NCBI GenBank assembly: GCA_046290465.1
Contig: JBKAGP010000001.1
Location: 3,584,001 to 3,648,000, forward strand
Direction: 5' to 3'
Origin: Planctomycetota bacterium
GTDB lineage: Bacteria > Planctomycetota > UBA1135 > UBA2386
DNA length: 64,000 nt
Below the pieces are notes generated by a model. The model searched no databases, was not told the origin of the DNA, and saw only the letters and a program-made list of their open reading frames with translations. The translations under genes and the position numbers were made by a program. Of the stretch, positions 54,800 to 64,000 are shown piece after piece; the stretch's first letter is position 1, and every line of letters begins with the position of its first letter.

Positions 54800-55942
54800 A
54801 TGCAAGCGCGCACGTTCGAGCTGCCGACGAAGGTCGTGCTCGGCGCGGGCGCGCTGGGCGAGGTGCCGACGCTGGTCGGCGACCGCGTGTTCGTGGTCAC
54901 CGACCCGGGCATCGTCGCGGCCGGCCACTGCGAACGTCTCGAACGGCTGCTGGCCGACGCCGGCATCGAGGTCCACCGCTACCAGGACGTGCAGCCGAAT
55001 CCGGACGAGCACGCGGTCGCGGCGTGCCTCGCCGCGTTCGAGCGGGCGGGTGACGGGATCGAGTGGATCGTCGCGCTCGGTGGCGGCAGCGCCATCGACG
55101 TCGCCAAGGGCTGCGCGATGCTCGCCTGCGGCGGCGGCCGCATGGCCGACTACCTCGGCCGCGCCCGCATCGACGTGACCTCCCCGCGCCTGATCGCGAT
55201 CCCGACCACCGCAGGCACCGGCAGCGAGACGCAGTCGTTCGCGCTGATCGGCAACCGCGACACCGGCCAGAAGATGGCGTGCGGCGGCAGCGCGCCGTTC
55301 GCGACCGTGCTCGACCCCGAGCTGACCGTGAGCATGCCAGCGCCGGTGACCGCGTGCACCGGCCTCGACACGCTGGCCCACGCGGTCGAAGCCGCGGTCA
55401 GCCGCCGCAGTACGCCGTGGTCGGCGACGTTCGCGCGCGAGGCGTTCCGGCTGGTCGAACGCCACTTCGAACGCGTGCTCGGCCAGCCCGACGACCTCGA
55501 CGCGCGCGCTGCGATGCTGCACGCGTCGGCGCTGGCCGGCATCGCGATCGAGAACGGCATGCTCGGCGCCGCGCACTCGATGGCCAATCCGCTGACCCGG
55601 CGCTTCGACACCGCCCACGGCCAGGCGGTCGGCCAGGCGCTGCCGGCGGTCGTCGCGTACAACGCCGGCGACCCGTCCGCGCGCATCGGCTACGCCGACC
55701 TCGCGCGCGGGTCCGCCCTGGTCACCAACGATGCAGACGACGGCGTCGCCGTCGACGCGCTGCTGCGCCGGCTGCGCACGCTGGTCGAACGCGCCGGCTT
55801 CGGCCCGCACATTCCGGGCGTGCCGTCGGCCGCCGCCGACGAGCTCGCTGCCGAAGCCGCCACCCAATGGACCGCGCAGTTCAACCCGCGCGACGTCGAC
55901 GTCGCCGCGTTCGCCGGGCTCTACCGGGAGGTGCTCGCGTGA
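54800..55942 (+). CDS. Iron-containing alcohol dehydrogenase
   Basis: VVTDPG, LGGGSAIDVAK, IPTTAGTGSE, GLDTLAHAVE, GAAHSMA...HG metal ligands. Confidence 0.93.
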   Translation: MQARTFELPTKVVLGAGALGEVPTLVGDRVFVVTDPGIVAAGHCERLERLLADAGIEVHRYQDVQPNPDEHAVAACLAAFERAGDGIEWIVALGGGSAIDVAKGCAMLACGGGRMADYLGRARIDVTSPRLIAIPTTAGTGSETQSFALIGNRDTGQKMACGGSAPFATVLDPELTVSMPAPVTACTGLDTLAHAVEAAVSRRSTPWSATFAREAFRLVERHFERVLGQPDDLDARAAMLHASALAGIAIENGMLGAAHSMANPLTRRFDTAHGQAVGQALPAVVAYNAGDPSARIGYADLARGSALVTNDADDGVAVDALLRRLRTLVERAGFGPHIPGVPSAAADELAAEAATQWTAQFNPRDVDVAAFAGLYREVLA

Positions 55943-57972
55943 GGATCCTGCCGTTCGTCACCGTGCTGGTGCTCGCCGGCACCGCGCTGGTCGCCCAGCG
56001 CATGCGGCTCGACGCCTCGGGTGCGTTCTTCACCAGCAACCCGGCCAGCACCGCCGAAGAGCGACCGCTGGTGACGTTCGATGCCGGCGCCATCACGCCG
56101 TCGATGCTCGCCGATTTCGGCGGCGCGCGGACCGGGCCGCGCATCCTCGAGAACCTCGCGTTCGCGATGGCCCTGGCGCGCGAATGCGAGGCCCGCGGGC
56201 TCGCCCGCAGCGCCCCGACCCTGGCCCGCTCCGAGGTCGCGCAGCAGACCGTCGGCGACCAGCCGTTCGATCCGGAGACCCGTGCCCGCCTCGCGACCGA
56301 GGCCCTGCGCGACCTGCGCATGGTCGCGCTGATCGGCGAACAGCGCGCCAGGGACGAGGACGCGCTGCGCGAGCTGTTCGAGCACCGATACGGCAAGGGC
56401 GGCGTGCGCGTGCGGGTCCGCCACGTGCTCAGCACCGACCGGATGTCGGCGCCGCAGACGGCCGGCGAGCGAGCCGCGGCGCTGCGCGCCACGCTGCAGA
56501 CCGGCGCGACCTTCGACGACCTGCTGGCGAAGTCGCACGACCGCGTCACCCGCCGGCTGCTGCGCGATCCGCAGCGCCGCGCCGAGGCCGGCCTGCTGCC
56601 CAACTACAACTACCATCGCTACGGCGAGGCGTTCGCCCGAGCGGTGCGCGCGCTCGAGGTCGGCGAGGTCTCGCAACCGGTCTCGTCGTCGGTCGGCGTG
56701 CACCTGATCGAACTGCTCGACCGCACCACGACGCAGCTCGCAGACGTGCGCACCGAGCTGGTCCGACAGCTCGCCGGCGGCAAGGCGCGCAGCGCCGAGA
56801 TCCTGCAGCTGCGCCAGCGCCTGCTCGCCAAGTACGGCTACCAGGCGCCTGCCGCCGTCGCCCGCAAGCGCACCCCCGTCGCGGACCTCGGTCCGCCGCC
56901 GTCGACCGAGTGGCCGCACTATCGCGGCAACCCGCAGCTGCACGGTGTCTCGGCGGCACGACTCGGCGACCAGCCGACGCTCGCGTGGCGGTTCGACACC
57001 GCCGGCGACATCCTGTCGTCGCCGGTGATCGCCAACGGCCTGGTCTACATCGGTTCGACCGACAACTTCGTCTATGCGATCGACCTGAAGACCGGCGAGC
57101 AGCGCTGGAAGTTCGAGACCAAGGACATGGTCGAGGCGCCGCCGCTGGTCGTCGACGGCCGCGTGTTCGTCGGTTCGTCGGACTTCTTCTTCTACGCGCT
57201 CGACGCCGCCGGCGGCGGGCTGCTGTGGAAGTACGAGACCCAGGACCGGATCCTCGGCGGCGCCAACTGGTTCCGCAGCCAGAACGGCAAGACGCGCGTG
57301 CTGGTCGGCAGCTACGACGCCAACGTCTACTGCTTCGACGTGCACGGCGGCGATCCGCTGTGGACCTACGCGACCGACAACTACGTCAACGGCTCGCCGG
57401 CGATCGCCGGCCGCGAGACGCTGTTCGGCGGCTGCGACGCCGCGCTGCACCTGGTCGACCTCGAGAGCGGCGAACGCGTCGCCAAGGTCGAGCTCGGTGA
57501 GGGCTGCCAGGTCGCCGGCTCGGTCGCGCTGCTCGGCGACCGCGCCTACTTCGGCCACTACGGCAACGAGTTCCTGCGCGTCAACCTCGACGACGGCAAG
57601 GCCGAGTGGCGCTACGCGAGCAAGCGGCAGGGCTTCTGCTCGTCGCCGGCGGTCGGCGAGAAGTACGTCGTGTTCGGCGGCCGCGATCGCCACCTGCACT
57701 GCGCGCTGCGCGCCGACGGCACCCCGCAGTGGCAGTTCCGCACCAGGCGCAAGGTTGACGCGTCGCCGGTGATCTGCGGCGACAAGGTCGTGTTCGGTTC
57801 GGGCGACGGCCGCCTCTACGTGCTGCGGCTCGCGACCGGCGAGAAGGTCTGGAGCTACGACATCGGCAAGCCGATCTACTCGTCGCCGGCGGTCGTCGAC
57901 GACATGATCGTGGTCGGCGCCGGCGACCAGCGCGTCTACGCGTTCCGCGCTCCCGCAGGAGGCGGCAGGTAG
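55939..57972 (+). CDS. Exported parvulin/PpiC-like domain fused to a PQQ-type beta-propeller
   Basis: GTG start (GTGA overlap), signal peptide, VRVRHVL...TFDDLLAKSHD...F..AV..LEVGEVSQPV.S..GVHLI, then EWPHYRG and regular SSP.V/GS.D blades. Confidence 0.82.
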   Translation: MRILPFVTVLVLAGTALVAQRMRLDASGAFFTSNPASTAEERPLVTFDAGAITPSMLADFGGARTGPRILENLAFAMALARECEARGLARSAPTLARSEVAQQTVGDQPFDPETRARLATEALRDLRMVALIGEQRARDEDALRELFEHRYGKGGVRVRVRHVLSTDRMSAPQTAGERAAALRATLQTGATFDDLLAKSHDRVTRRLLRDPQRRAEAGLLPNYNYHRYGEAFARAVRALEVGEVSQPVSSSVGVHLIELLDRTTTQLADVRTELVRQLAGGKARSAEILQLRQRLLAKYGYQAPAAVARKRTPVADLGPPPSTEWPHYRGNPQLHGVSAARLGDQPTLAWRFDTAGDILSSPVIANGLVYIGSTDNFVYAIDLKTGEQRWKFETKDMVEAPPLVVDGRVFVGSSDFFFYALDAAGGGLLWKYETQDRILGGANWFRSQNGKTRVLVGSYDANVYCFDVHGGDPLWTYATDNYVNGSPAIAGRETLFGGCDAALHLVDLESGERVAKVELGEGCQVAGSVALLGDRAYFGHYGNEFLRVNLDDGKAEWRYASKRQGFCSSPAVGEKYVVFGGRDRHLHCALRADGTPQWQFRTRRKVDASPVICGDKVVFGSGDGRLYVLRLATGEKVWSYDIGKPIYSSPAVVDDMIVVGAGDQRVYAFRAPAGGGR

Positions 57973-57976
57973 CGCG

Positions 57977-59281
57977 ATGCGCCTGATGCTGCTGACGCCG
58001 GGCACCGGCCACTTCTTCTGCGGCAGCTGCCTGCGCGACGACGCGCTCGGCAACGCGCTGCGACAGCAGGGACACGATGCCACCAACGTGCCGCTCTACC
58101 TGCCGATGGTGCTCGAGCGTCCCGACGACCATCCGGTCCCGGTGCACATGGGCGGGATCAACGTCTACCTGCAGCAGAAGGCGCGCATGTTCCGCCATCT
58201 GCCGCGCTTCGTCGCCAACTGGCTCGACAGCCCCAGGCTGCTGCGCTGGGTGGCGAGCCGCAGCAGCATGACCGACGCCAGCGACCTCGGCGCGATGACC
58301 GTGTCGATCCTGCGCGGCGAGTGCGGCAAGCAGGAGAAGGAGATCGACAAGCTGGTGGCGTGGATCGGCACACAGCCGCGCCCCGACGTCGTCATCGTCT
58401 CCAACGCGATGCTGACCGGCGTCGTGCGGCGCCTGCGCGACGCCCTCGGCGTGCCGGTGATGGTGACGCTGCAGGGCGAGGCGCCGTTCTTGGACGCGCT
58501 GCCGCCGCAGGACCGCGACGCGGCGTGGCAGACGCTGCGCGAACGCGCCGGCGAGGTCGACGCGCTGGTCGCCGTCAGCGCCGACTACCGCGACGAGATG
58601 CAGGCGCGCCTGCAGGTCGACCCCGACCGGCTGCACGTGGTGCACAACGGCATCGACCTGAGCGGCTTCGACGACGAGGCCGCACCGCCGTCCGGACGCA
58701 CGCCGCCGACGATCGGCTACCTGGCGCGCATGTGCCGCGACAAGGGCCTCGACACGCTGGTCGACGCGTTCGTCCGCCTGCGCTCCGACGCGCGCTTCCC
58801 GCAGCTGCGCCTGCGCGTCGCCGGGGTGCAGCTCGCCGAGGATCGCGCCTACGTCGAGCAACTGCAGCAGCGGCTGCAGGCCGCTGGCTGCCTCGACGAC
58901 GCCGAGTTCCTGCCGAACATCGACCGCGCGCAGAAGCTGACGTTCTTGCGTTCGCTGACGGTGATGTCGGTGCCGGCGCGCTACGGCGAGTCGTTCGGCC
59001 TCTACCTGCTCGAGGCGATGGCGGCCGGCGTGCCGGTCGTGCAGCCGCGCCACGCGGCGTTCCCCGAGGTGCTCGACGCGACCGGCGGCGGCCTGCTGTG
59101 CGAACCGGAGGACCCGGCGTCGCTCGCTGCGGGCCTCGCCGAAGTGCTGTCCGACCCGCAGCACGCCGACCGGCTCGGCAGCCGCGGCCGCGAGGCCGTG
59201 CGCGAGCGCTTCACGTCCGCCCACATGGCTGCCAACGTCACCCGCATCTGCGAAGCCCTCGCAGCCGCCCGCTCGACCTGA
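57977..59281 (+). CDS. GT4-family (GT-B) glycosyltransferase with N-terminal CxxC
   Basis: PGTGHFFCGSCLRD, VVHNGID, KGL, ESFGLYLLEAMAAGVPVV. Confidence 0.9.
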   Translation: MRLMLLTPGTGHFFCGSCLRDDALGNALRQQGHDATNVPLYLPMVLERPDDHPVPVHMGGINVYLQQKARMFRHLPRFVANWLDSPRLLRWVASRSSMTDASDLGAMTVSILRGECGKQEKEIDKLVAWIGTQPRPDVVIVSNAMLTGVVRRLRDALGVPVMVTLQGEAPFLDALPPQDRDAAWQTLRERAGEVDALVAVSADYRDEMQARLQVDPDRLHVVHNGIDLSGFDDEAAPPSGRTPPTIGYLARMCRDKGLDTLVDAFVRLRSDARFPQLRLRVAGVQLAEDRAYVEQLQQRLQAAGCLDDAEFLPNIDRAQKLTFLRSLTVMSVPARYGESFGLYLLEAMAAGVPVVQPRHAAFPEVLDATGGGLLCEPEDPASLAAGLAEVLSDPQHADRLGSRGREAVRERFTSAHMAANVTRICEALAAARST

Positions 59282-59322
59282 GCGAACTTGCGCCCAATCC
59301 CGACCGCACCGAGACTCCCCCC

Positions 59323-59847
59323 ATGCAGACCTGGATCCTGTTCGCGCTCCTCACCGTCGCCTCGTGGGGCATCTACGGCGTGCTGCTGCACAGCGGCCAG
59401 GTCGCGATGAGCGACCCGCAGAACGGCCGCTACAAGGCGTTCTTCTGGGTCGGCATCGCCTACTTCCTGATCGCGGTGCTGGCGCCCGCCGGCATGCTGC
59501 TGGCGGCGAAGGCCTCGTGGTCGATGCCGTCCAAGGCGATCTGGCTGTCGCTGTTCGCCGGGGTCGTCGGCGCCGTCGGCGCGTTCGGCGTGCTGCTCGC
59601 GTTCGGCGCCAAGGGCCACCCGGCCGCGGTGATGTCGATCATCTTCGCCGGCGCACCGATCGTGAACGCGTTCGTCGCGATGTCGCTGCACCCACCCAAG
59701 GGCGGCTGGGGCAGCCTCGACTGGCGCTTCCTGCTCGGCATCGCCCTGGCCGCGACCGGCGGGCTGCTGGTCAGCCTCTACAAGCCCGCGCCCGGCGGCG
59801 CCAAGCCGGCCGGCCAGCCACCGAGCCAGCAGAACGCGCCGAAATGA
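59323..59847 (+). CDS. Small DMT/EamA-like membrane protein
   Basis: ATG 59323; five hydrophobic helices, WGIYG, AGVVGAVGA, FAGAPIVN. Confidence 0.72.
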   Translation: MQTWILFALLTVASWGIYGVLLHSGQVAMSDPQNGRYKAFFWVGIAYFLIAVLAPAGMLLAAKASWSMPSKAIWLSLFAGVVGAVGAFGVLLAFGAKGHPAAVMSIIFAGAPIVNAFVAMSLHPPKGGWGSLDWRFLLGIALAATGGLLVSLYKPAPGGAKPAGQPPSQQNAPK

Positions 59848-60551
59848 GCGCACCGCTGGTCGAACTGCGCGGGATCACCCGTCGCTTCGGTGCGACGACC
59901 GAAGTGCTGCGCGGGATCGATCTCGAGGTCGCCGCGGACGACACGCTGGCCGTGCTCGGCCCGTCCGGCTGCGGCAAGAGCACGTTGCTGCACATCCTCG
60001 GCGGGCTGCTGCCGCCCACCAGTGGCACCGCGCGCTTCGACGGCCGCGACCTCGCGACGATGTCGGCGACCGAACTGGCCGCGCTGCGCAACCGCGAGAT
60101 CGGCTTCGTGTTCCAGGCGCACCACCTGCTGCCGCAGTGCACCGCGCTCGAGAACGTGCTGGTGCCGACCCTCGTGCACCCCAAGGACGACGCGCGCCGC
60201 TCTGCCGAGTCGCGTGCCCGCGAGCTGCTCGCCGACGTCGGCCTCGGCCAACGCCTCGACCACCGCCCGGCGCAGCTGTCCGGAGGCGAGCAGCAGCGCG
60301 TCGCGGTCGTGCGCGCGCTGATCAACCGGCCGCGGCTGCTGTTGGCGGACGAGCCGACCGGCTCGCTCGATGAGGCGGGCACCGACCTGCTCGGCGACCT
60401 GCTGTGCTCGCTCAACGAGAAGCACCGGGTTGCGGTCGTGACGGTCACCCACTCGCCGCGGCTGGCCCGGCGCATGCGGCGCGTGGTCGAGCTGCACGCA
60501 GGCCGCCTGCGCCGCGCCGACGACGCCCGCGCGGCGGACACGGCCGGATGA
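59844..60551 (+). CDS. ABC transporter ATP-binding protein (LolD/MacB type)
   Basis: GPSGCGKS, IGFVFQ, LSGGEQQR, LLADEPTG, VTH; ATGA overlaps on both sides. Confidence 0.96.
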   Translation: MSAPLVELRGITRRFGATTEVLRGIDLEVAADDTLAVLGPSGCGKSTLLHILGGLLPPTSGTARFDGRDLATMSATELAALRNREIGFVFQAHHLLPQCTALENVLVPTLVHPKDDARRSAESRARELLADVGLGQRLDHRPAQLSGGEQQRVAVVRALINRPRLLLADEPTGSLDEAGTDLLGDLLCSLNEKHRVAVVTVTHSPRLARRMRRVVELHAGRLRRADDARAADTAG

Positions 60552-63500
60552 GCTCCTGGAGCCTGATCGCGCGCGGCCTCGCGCACCACTGGCGCACGCA
60601 CGTCGGCGTCGTGCTCGGCGTGCTGGTCGCGACCGCGGTGTTGGCCGGCGCGCTGATCGTCGGCGACTCGGTGCGCGCCAGCCTGCGCCGCCAGGCCCTG
60701 CAGCGCATCGGCCGCTTCGACAGCGTGCTCGCCTGCGGCGACCGCTTCGTCACCGCCGACCTCGCGCGACGCATCGAGGCCGGACTCGGTGCGACCACCT
60801 GCGCGGCGCTGCAGCTGCCGGGGGTCGCCAACCGCGGGGACGGCAACGCGCGCACCGGCATCGTCGACGTGTTCGGCGTCGACGACACGTTCTTCGCGAT
60901 GAGCACGCGCGGCGTCGCCCGCCCGGCACCGGCACCTCGCCACGCGCTGCTCAACCGGCAGCTGGCCGAACAGCTCGGCGTGCAGCCCGGTGACGAGATC
61001 GTGCTGCGCATCGAAAAGCCCAGCCTGATGCCGCAGGAGGCGACGATGGCGACCGTCGACGACCTCGCGTTCGCGATGCGCGTCGAGATCGACGCGCTCG
61101 TCGACGACGACGAGTTCGGCCGCTTCGGCCTGCGCGCCAGCCAGGTCGCGCCGTTCGACGTGTTCGTGTCGCGCACCTGGCTCGCCGCAGAACTCGAACT
61201 CGAAGGCCACGCCAACCTGCTGCTGAGCGCGGCCGGCACGACCCGCAGTGACGAGGCCCTGCGCGCCCACTGGACGCTCGCCGACGCCGAACTCGAGCTG
61301 CGCGTCGGCGACGCCGGCAGCGAACTGCGCAGCGGCCGCGTGTTCCTCGATGCAGCGATCGTCGACGCGGCCACGGAGCTGGCTCCCGACGCGTTCGGCG
61401 TGTTCACCTACTTCGTCAACGCGCTGCAGGTCGGCGAGCGCGTCACGCCCTACTCGATGGTCTGCGGCGTCGGCCCGCTCCGTAGCGCACCGGCGACGGC
61501 TCCGCTGCGGCAGCTGATGCCGGCCACGGACGACCTGCTGATGCCCAACGCCTGGCTCGCAGACGACCTCGGCGCCGACCGCGACGACCGCGTCCGGCTG
61601 CGCTACTACGTGATGAACGAGCAGCTGCAGCTCGAGGAACGCGAGCACGAACTGCGGATCGGCCGCGTCGTGCCGCTGGTCGGCGTGGCCGCCGACCCGA
61701 CGCTGATGCCCGAGTTCCCCGGACTGGCCGAGGCGCGTAGCTGCACCGACTGGGAGCCGGGCGTGCCGGTCGAGCTCGACCAGCTCGACGACCGCGACCA
61801 GCAGTACTGGGACGAACACCGCGGCACGCCCAAGGCGTTCGTGTCGCTGGCGACCGCGCGCTCGCTGTGGGCCAATCGGTTCGGCACGCTGACGGCGATC
61901 CGCGTGCCCGCAGGTCCCGACGCCGAACGGCTCGCGCAGCTGCCGCGCCGGCTCTTGCCCGAATCGGTCGGCCTGTTCTTCCAGGACCTGCGCGGCCCCG
62001 CGCTCGCTGCCGCCGCACCCGCGACCGACTTCGGCGCGCTCTACCTCGGCCTCAGCTTCTTCCTGATCGTCGCGGCGCTGCTGCTGACCACGCTGCTGTT
62101 CGTGTTCGGCATCGAGCAGCGCGCCGGCGAGGTCGGCACGCTACTGGCGGTCGGCTACGAGCCACGGCAGGTGCGCAGCCTGTTCGTGCGCGAGGCGCTG
62201 CTGCTCGCGTGCGTCGGCGCGGCGCTCGGCACGTTCGCCGGCATCGGCTACGCCGACGGCGTGCTCGCCGGCCTCGCCACGCTGTGGCAGGACACCGCCC
62301 GGCAGGCGGCGCTCTCGGCCCACGTCGAACCCGGCTCGCTCTTGACCGGCGCAGCAGTCACGATCCTGGCCGCGATGGTCGCGATCTGGTGGACGCTGCG
62401 CGCGACCGCGCGGCGACCGGCCGTCGAGCTGCTGGCGACCCGCGGCGGCCTGGAGGCCGCCTCGACCGATCCCGCCAGCGCACGCCGACGGCTGTGGACC
62501 AGCAGCCTGGTCGCCGCGTTGGCGGCCACGGGCGCGCTGACGCTGGCGCTGCGCGCCGACCCGTGGCGGGCGACCAGCGCGTTCTTCGGCGGCGGCGCGC
62601 TGCTGCTGGTCGCGTCGCTCGCGGCGTGCCGTGCGCTGCTGGCGCGCCTCGGTGCCGGTCCACGTCGGCCGATCGCGACGGTCGCGGCGCTCGGCCTGCG
62701 CAGCGCCAGCCGACGGCCGGGGCGCAGCCTCGCGTCGATCGCGCTGCTCGCGAGCGGCGCCTTCCTGGTGCTGGCGATCCAGGCCAACCGGCTCGCGCCG
62801 CCGCAGGACCCGACCGAACGCACCTCCGGCACCGGCGGCTTCGCGCTGTTCGGTCGCTCGACGCTGCCGGTGTTGCGCGACCTCGCGACCGAGGCGGCGC
62901 GCGACGCCTACGCGCTCGACTCAAGAACGCTGCGGGACGTCGACGTCGTGCCGCTGCGGCTGCGGCCCGGCGACGACGCCAGCTGCCTCAACCTCGCCAC
63001 CGCCCAGAACCCACAGCTGCTCGGCGTGCTGCCGGAACGGCTCGCCCGGCGCGGTGCGTTCCGCTTCACCCGCGCGATCGACGGCGCGTCGGTCGACGAC
63101 GGCTGGACGCTGCTCGAACGGGACCTCGGTCCGAACGTCGTGCCGGCGATCGGCGACGGCGGCAGCGTCGCCTGGGCGCTGCACAAGAAGGTCGGCGACT
63201 CGCTGCGCTACCGCGACGAGAACGGCGAGGAGTTCGACGTGCGCATCGTCGCCACCGTCGCCGACTCGATCCTGCAGGGCAACCTGCTGATCGCCGACCG
63301 CCACCTGCGCGCGCGCTTCCCTTCAGCGTCGGGCTTCCGCATGTTCCTCGTCGATGCGCCCGCGCAGCGCGCCGACGAGGTCGCGCGCGACCTGAGCGAC
63401 GCGCTGTCCGACATCGGCCTCGAACTGACGCCGACCGGCCAGCGGCTCGCGTCGTTCCAGTCGGTGCAGAACACCTACCTGTCGATCTTCCAACTGCTCG

Positions 63501-63850
63501 GCGGCCTCGGCTTGTTGCTCGGCACGGTCGGCCTCGGCGTCGTCGTGATGCGCAACGCACTCGAACGCCGCAGCGAACTCGCGGTCGCGCGCGCGCTCGG
63601 GTTCTCCGACGGCGCCGTGCGGCGACTGGTCTGGAGCGAGCACGCGCTGCTGCTGGCCCTCGGCCTGTTGGCCGGAACCGCCGCCGCCTCGATGGCCATG
63701 ATCCCGGCGCTGCGCGACGGCCGGGACCTGCCGCTCGGGTCGTCGGCCCTGCTGCTCGGCGCACTCGCCGCGAGCGGCGCGTTCTGGGTCTGGCTGGCCA
63801 GCCGCCTCGCCACCCGCGGCCCGCTGCTCGACCGGCTGCGCGGCGACTGA
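60548..63850 (+). CDS. Large duplicated FtsX/MacB-type ABC permease
   Basis: Two FtsX-like halves (EQRAGEVGTLLAVGY; ERRSELAVARALGF) with large periplasmic loops. Confidence 0.9.
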   Translation: MSSWSLIARGLAHHWRTHVGVVLGVLVATAVLAGALIVGDSVRASLRRQALQRIGRFDSVLACGDRFVTADLARRIEAGLGATTCAALQLPGVANRGDGNARTGIVDVFGVDDTFFAMSTRGVARPAPAPRHALLNRQLAEQLGVQPGDEIVLRIEKPSLMPQEATMATVDDLAFAMRVEIDALVDDDEFGRFGLRASQVAPFDVFVSRTWLAAELELEGHANLLLSAAGTTRSDEALRAHWTLADAELELRVGDAGSELRSGRVFLDAAIVDAATELAPDAFGVFTYFVNALQVGERVTPYSMVCGVGPLRSAPATAPLRQLMPATDDLLMPNAWLADDLGADRDDRVRLRYYVMNEQLQLEEREHELRIGRVVPLVGVAADPTLMPEFPGLAEARSCTDWEPGVPVELDQLDDRDQQYWDEHRGTPKAFVSLATARSLWANRFGTLTAIRVPAGPDAERLAQLPRRLLPESVGLFFQDLRGPALAAAAPATDFGALYLGLSFFLIVAALLLTTLLFVFGIEQRAGEVGTLLAVGYEPRQVRSLFVREALLLACVGAALGTFAGIGYADGVLAGLATLWQDTARQAALSAHVEPGSLLTGAAVTILAAMVAIWWTLRATARRPAVELLATRGGLEAASTDPASARRRLWTSSLVAALAATGALTLALRADPWRATSAFFGGGALLLVASLAACRALLARLGAGPRRPIATVAALGLRSASRRPGRSLASIALLASGAFLVLAIQANRLAPPQDPTERTSGTGGFALFGRSTLPVLRDLATEAARDAYALDSRTLRDVDVVPLRLRPGDDASCLNLATAQNPQLLGVLPERLARRGAFRFTRAIDGASVDDGWTLLERDLGPNVVPAIGDGGSVAWALHKKVGDSLRYRDENGEEFDVRIVATVADSILQGNLLIADRHLRARFPSASGFRMFLVDAPAQRADEVARDLSDALSDIGLELTPTGQRLASFQSVQNTYLSIFQLLGGLGLLLGTVGLGVVVMRNALERRSELAVARALGFSDGAVRRLVWSEHALLLALGLLAGTAAASMAMIPALRDGRDLPLGSSALLLGALAASGAFWVWLASRLATRGPLLDRLRGD

Positions 63851-63853
63851 CGG

Positions 63854-63871
63854 CGCCGCGTCGACGCGGCG
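63854..63871 (+). terminator. 18-bp perfect palindrome directly after the permease stop codon
   Basis: CGCCGCGTCGACGCGGCG. Confidence 0.4.
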
Positions 63872-63973
63872 AGGTCCCAGTTACGTCCTAACTCCGTATG
63901 TGTCGCGGTTGGGGTGCCGGGGTGGCTTCCGTTCCCTGCGCGCCCCCGCTATGCCAACGTGCCAGGAGCTCCC

Positions 63974-64000
63974 ATGCCGCACATCCGCACCGTCATCGTC
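63974..64000 (+). CDS. Start of a downstream gene, truncated by the window
   Basis: AGGAG 5 nt before the ATG; MPHIRTVIV. Confidence 0.45.

Overview
Very GC-rich, gene-dense bacterial DNA. Gene content suggests a Planctomycetota (PVC) genome, which is an inference from the ECF sigma factor with Ser/Thr kinases, several DWPxWRG beta-propellers, and the FG-GAP and DUF1570-like proteins. About 41 real CDSs can be supported. Most other long ORFs in the track are antisense or off-frame shadows caused by GC/codon bias. No rRNA, tRNA, CRISPR array or transposase was seen. Two loci stand out. (1) 41951-63850 is a ~22 kb divergent, tightly coupled cluster with no PKS/NRPS/terpene/RiPP core. It encodes a flavin-dependent halogenase-like enzyme, a HemN-like radical SAM enzyme, a hotdog thioesterase, an EhpF/GriC-like + EhpG/GriD-like carboxylate reductase pair, an Fe-alcohol dehydrogenase, a CxxC-bearing GT4, a sodium:solute symporter, a MacB/LolD-type ABC exporter and four exported PQQ-type beta-propellers. 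It is a candidate pathway for an unknown metabolite or cofactor. (2) 978-7388 is a co-directional unit with a SET-domain methyltransferase, an epsilon-poly-lysine-synthetase-like membrane NRPS, a DUF1624-like membrane acyltransferase and a lipidated beta-barrel. It is a candidate system for a modified poly(amino acid). Also present are a biotin operon with a BioF-BioD fusion, an ECF sigma factor divergent from two tandem kinases, three hybrid histidine kinases, hydrolases, a TonB receptor and a perfect 100-bp palindrome. All functional calls come from motif recognition by eye; no database searches were run.
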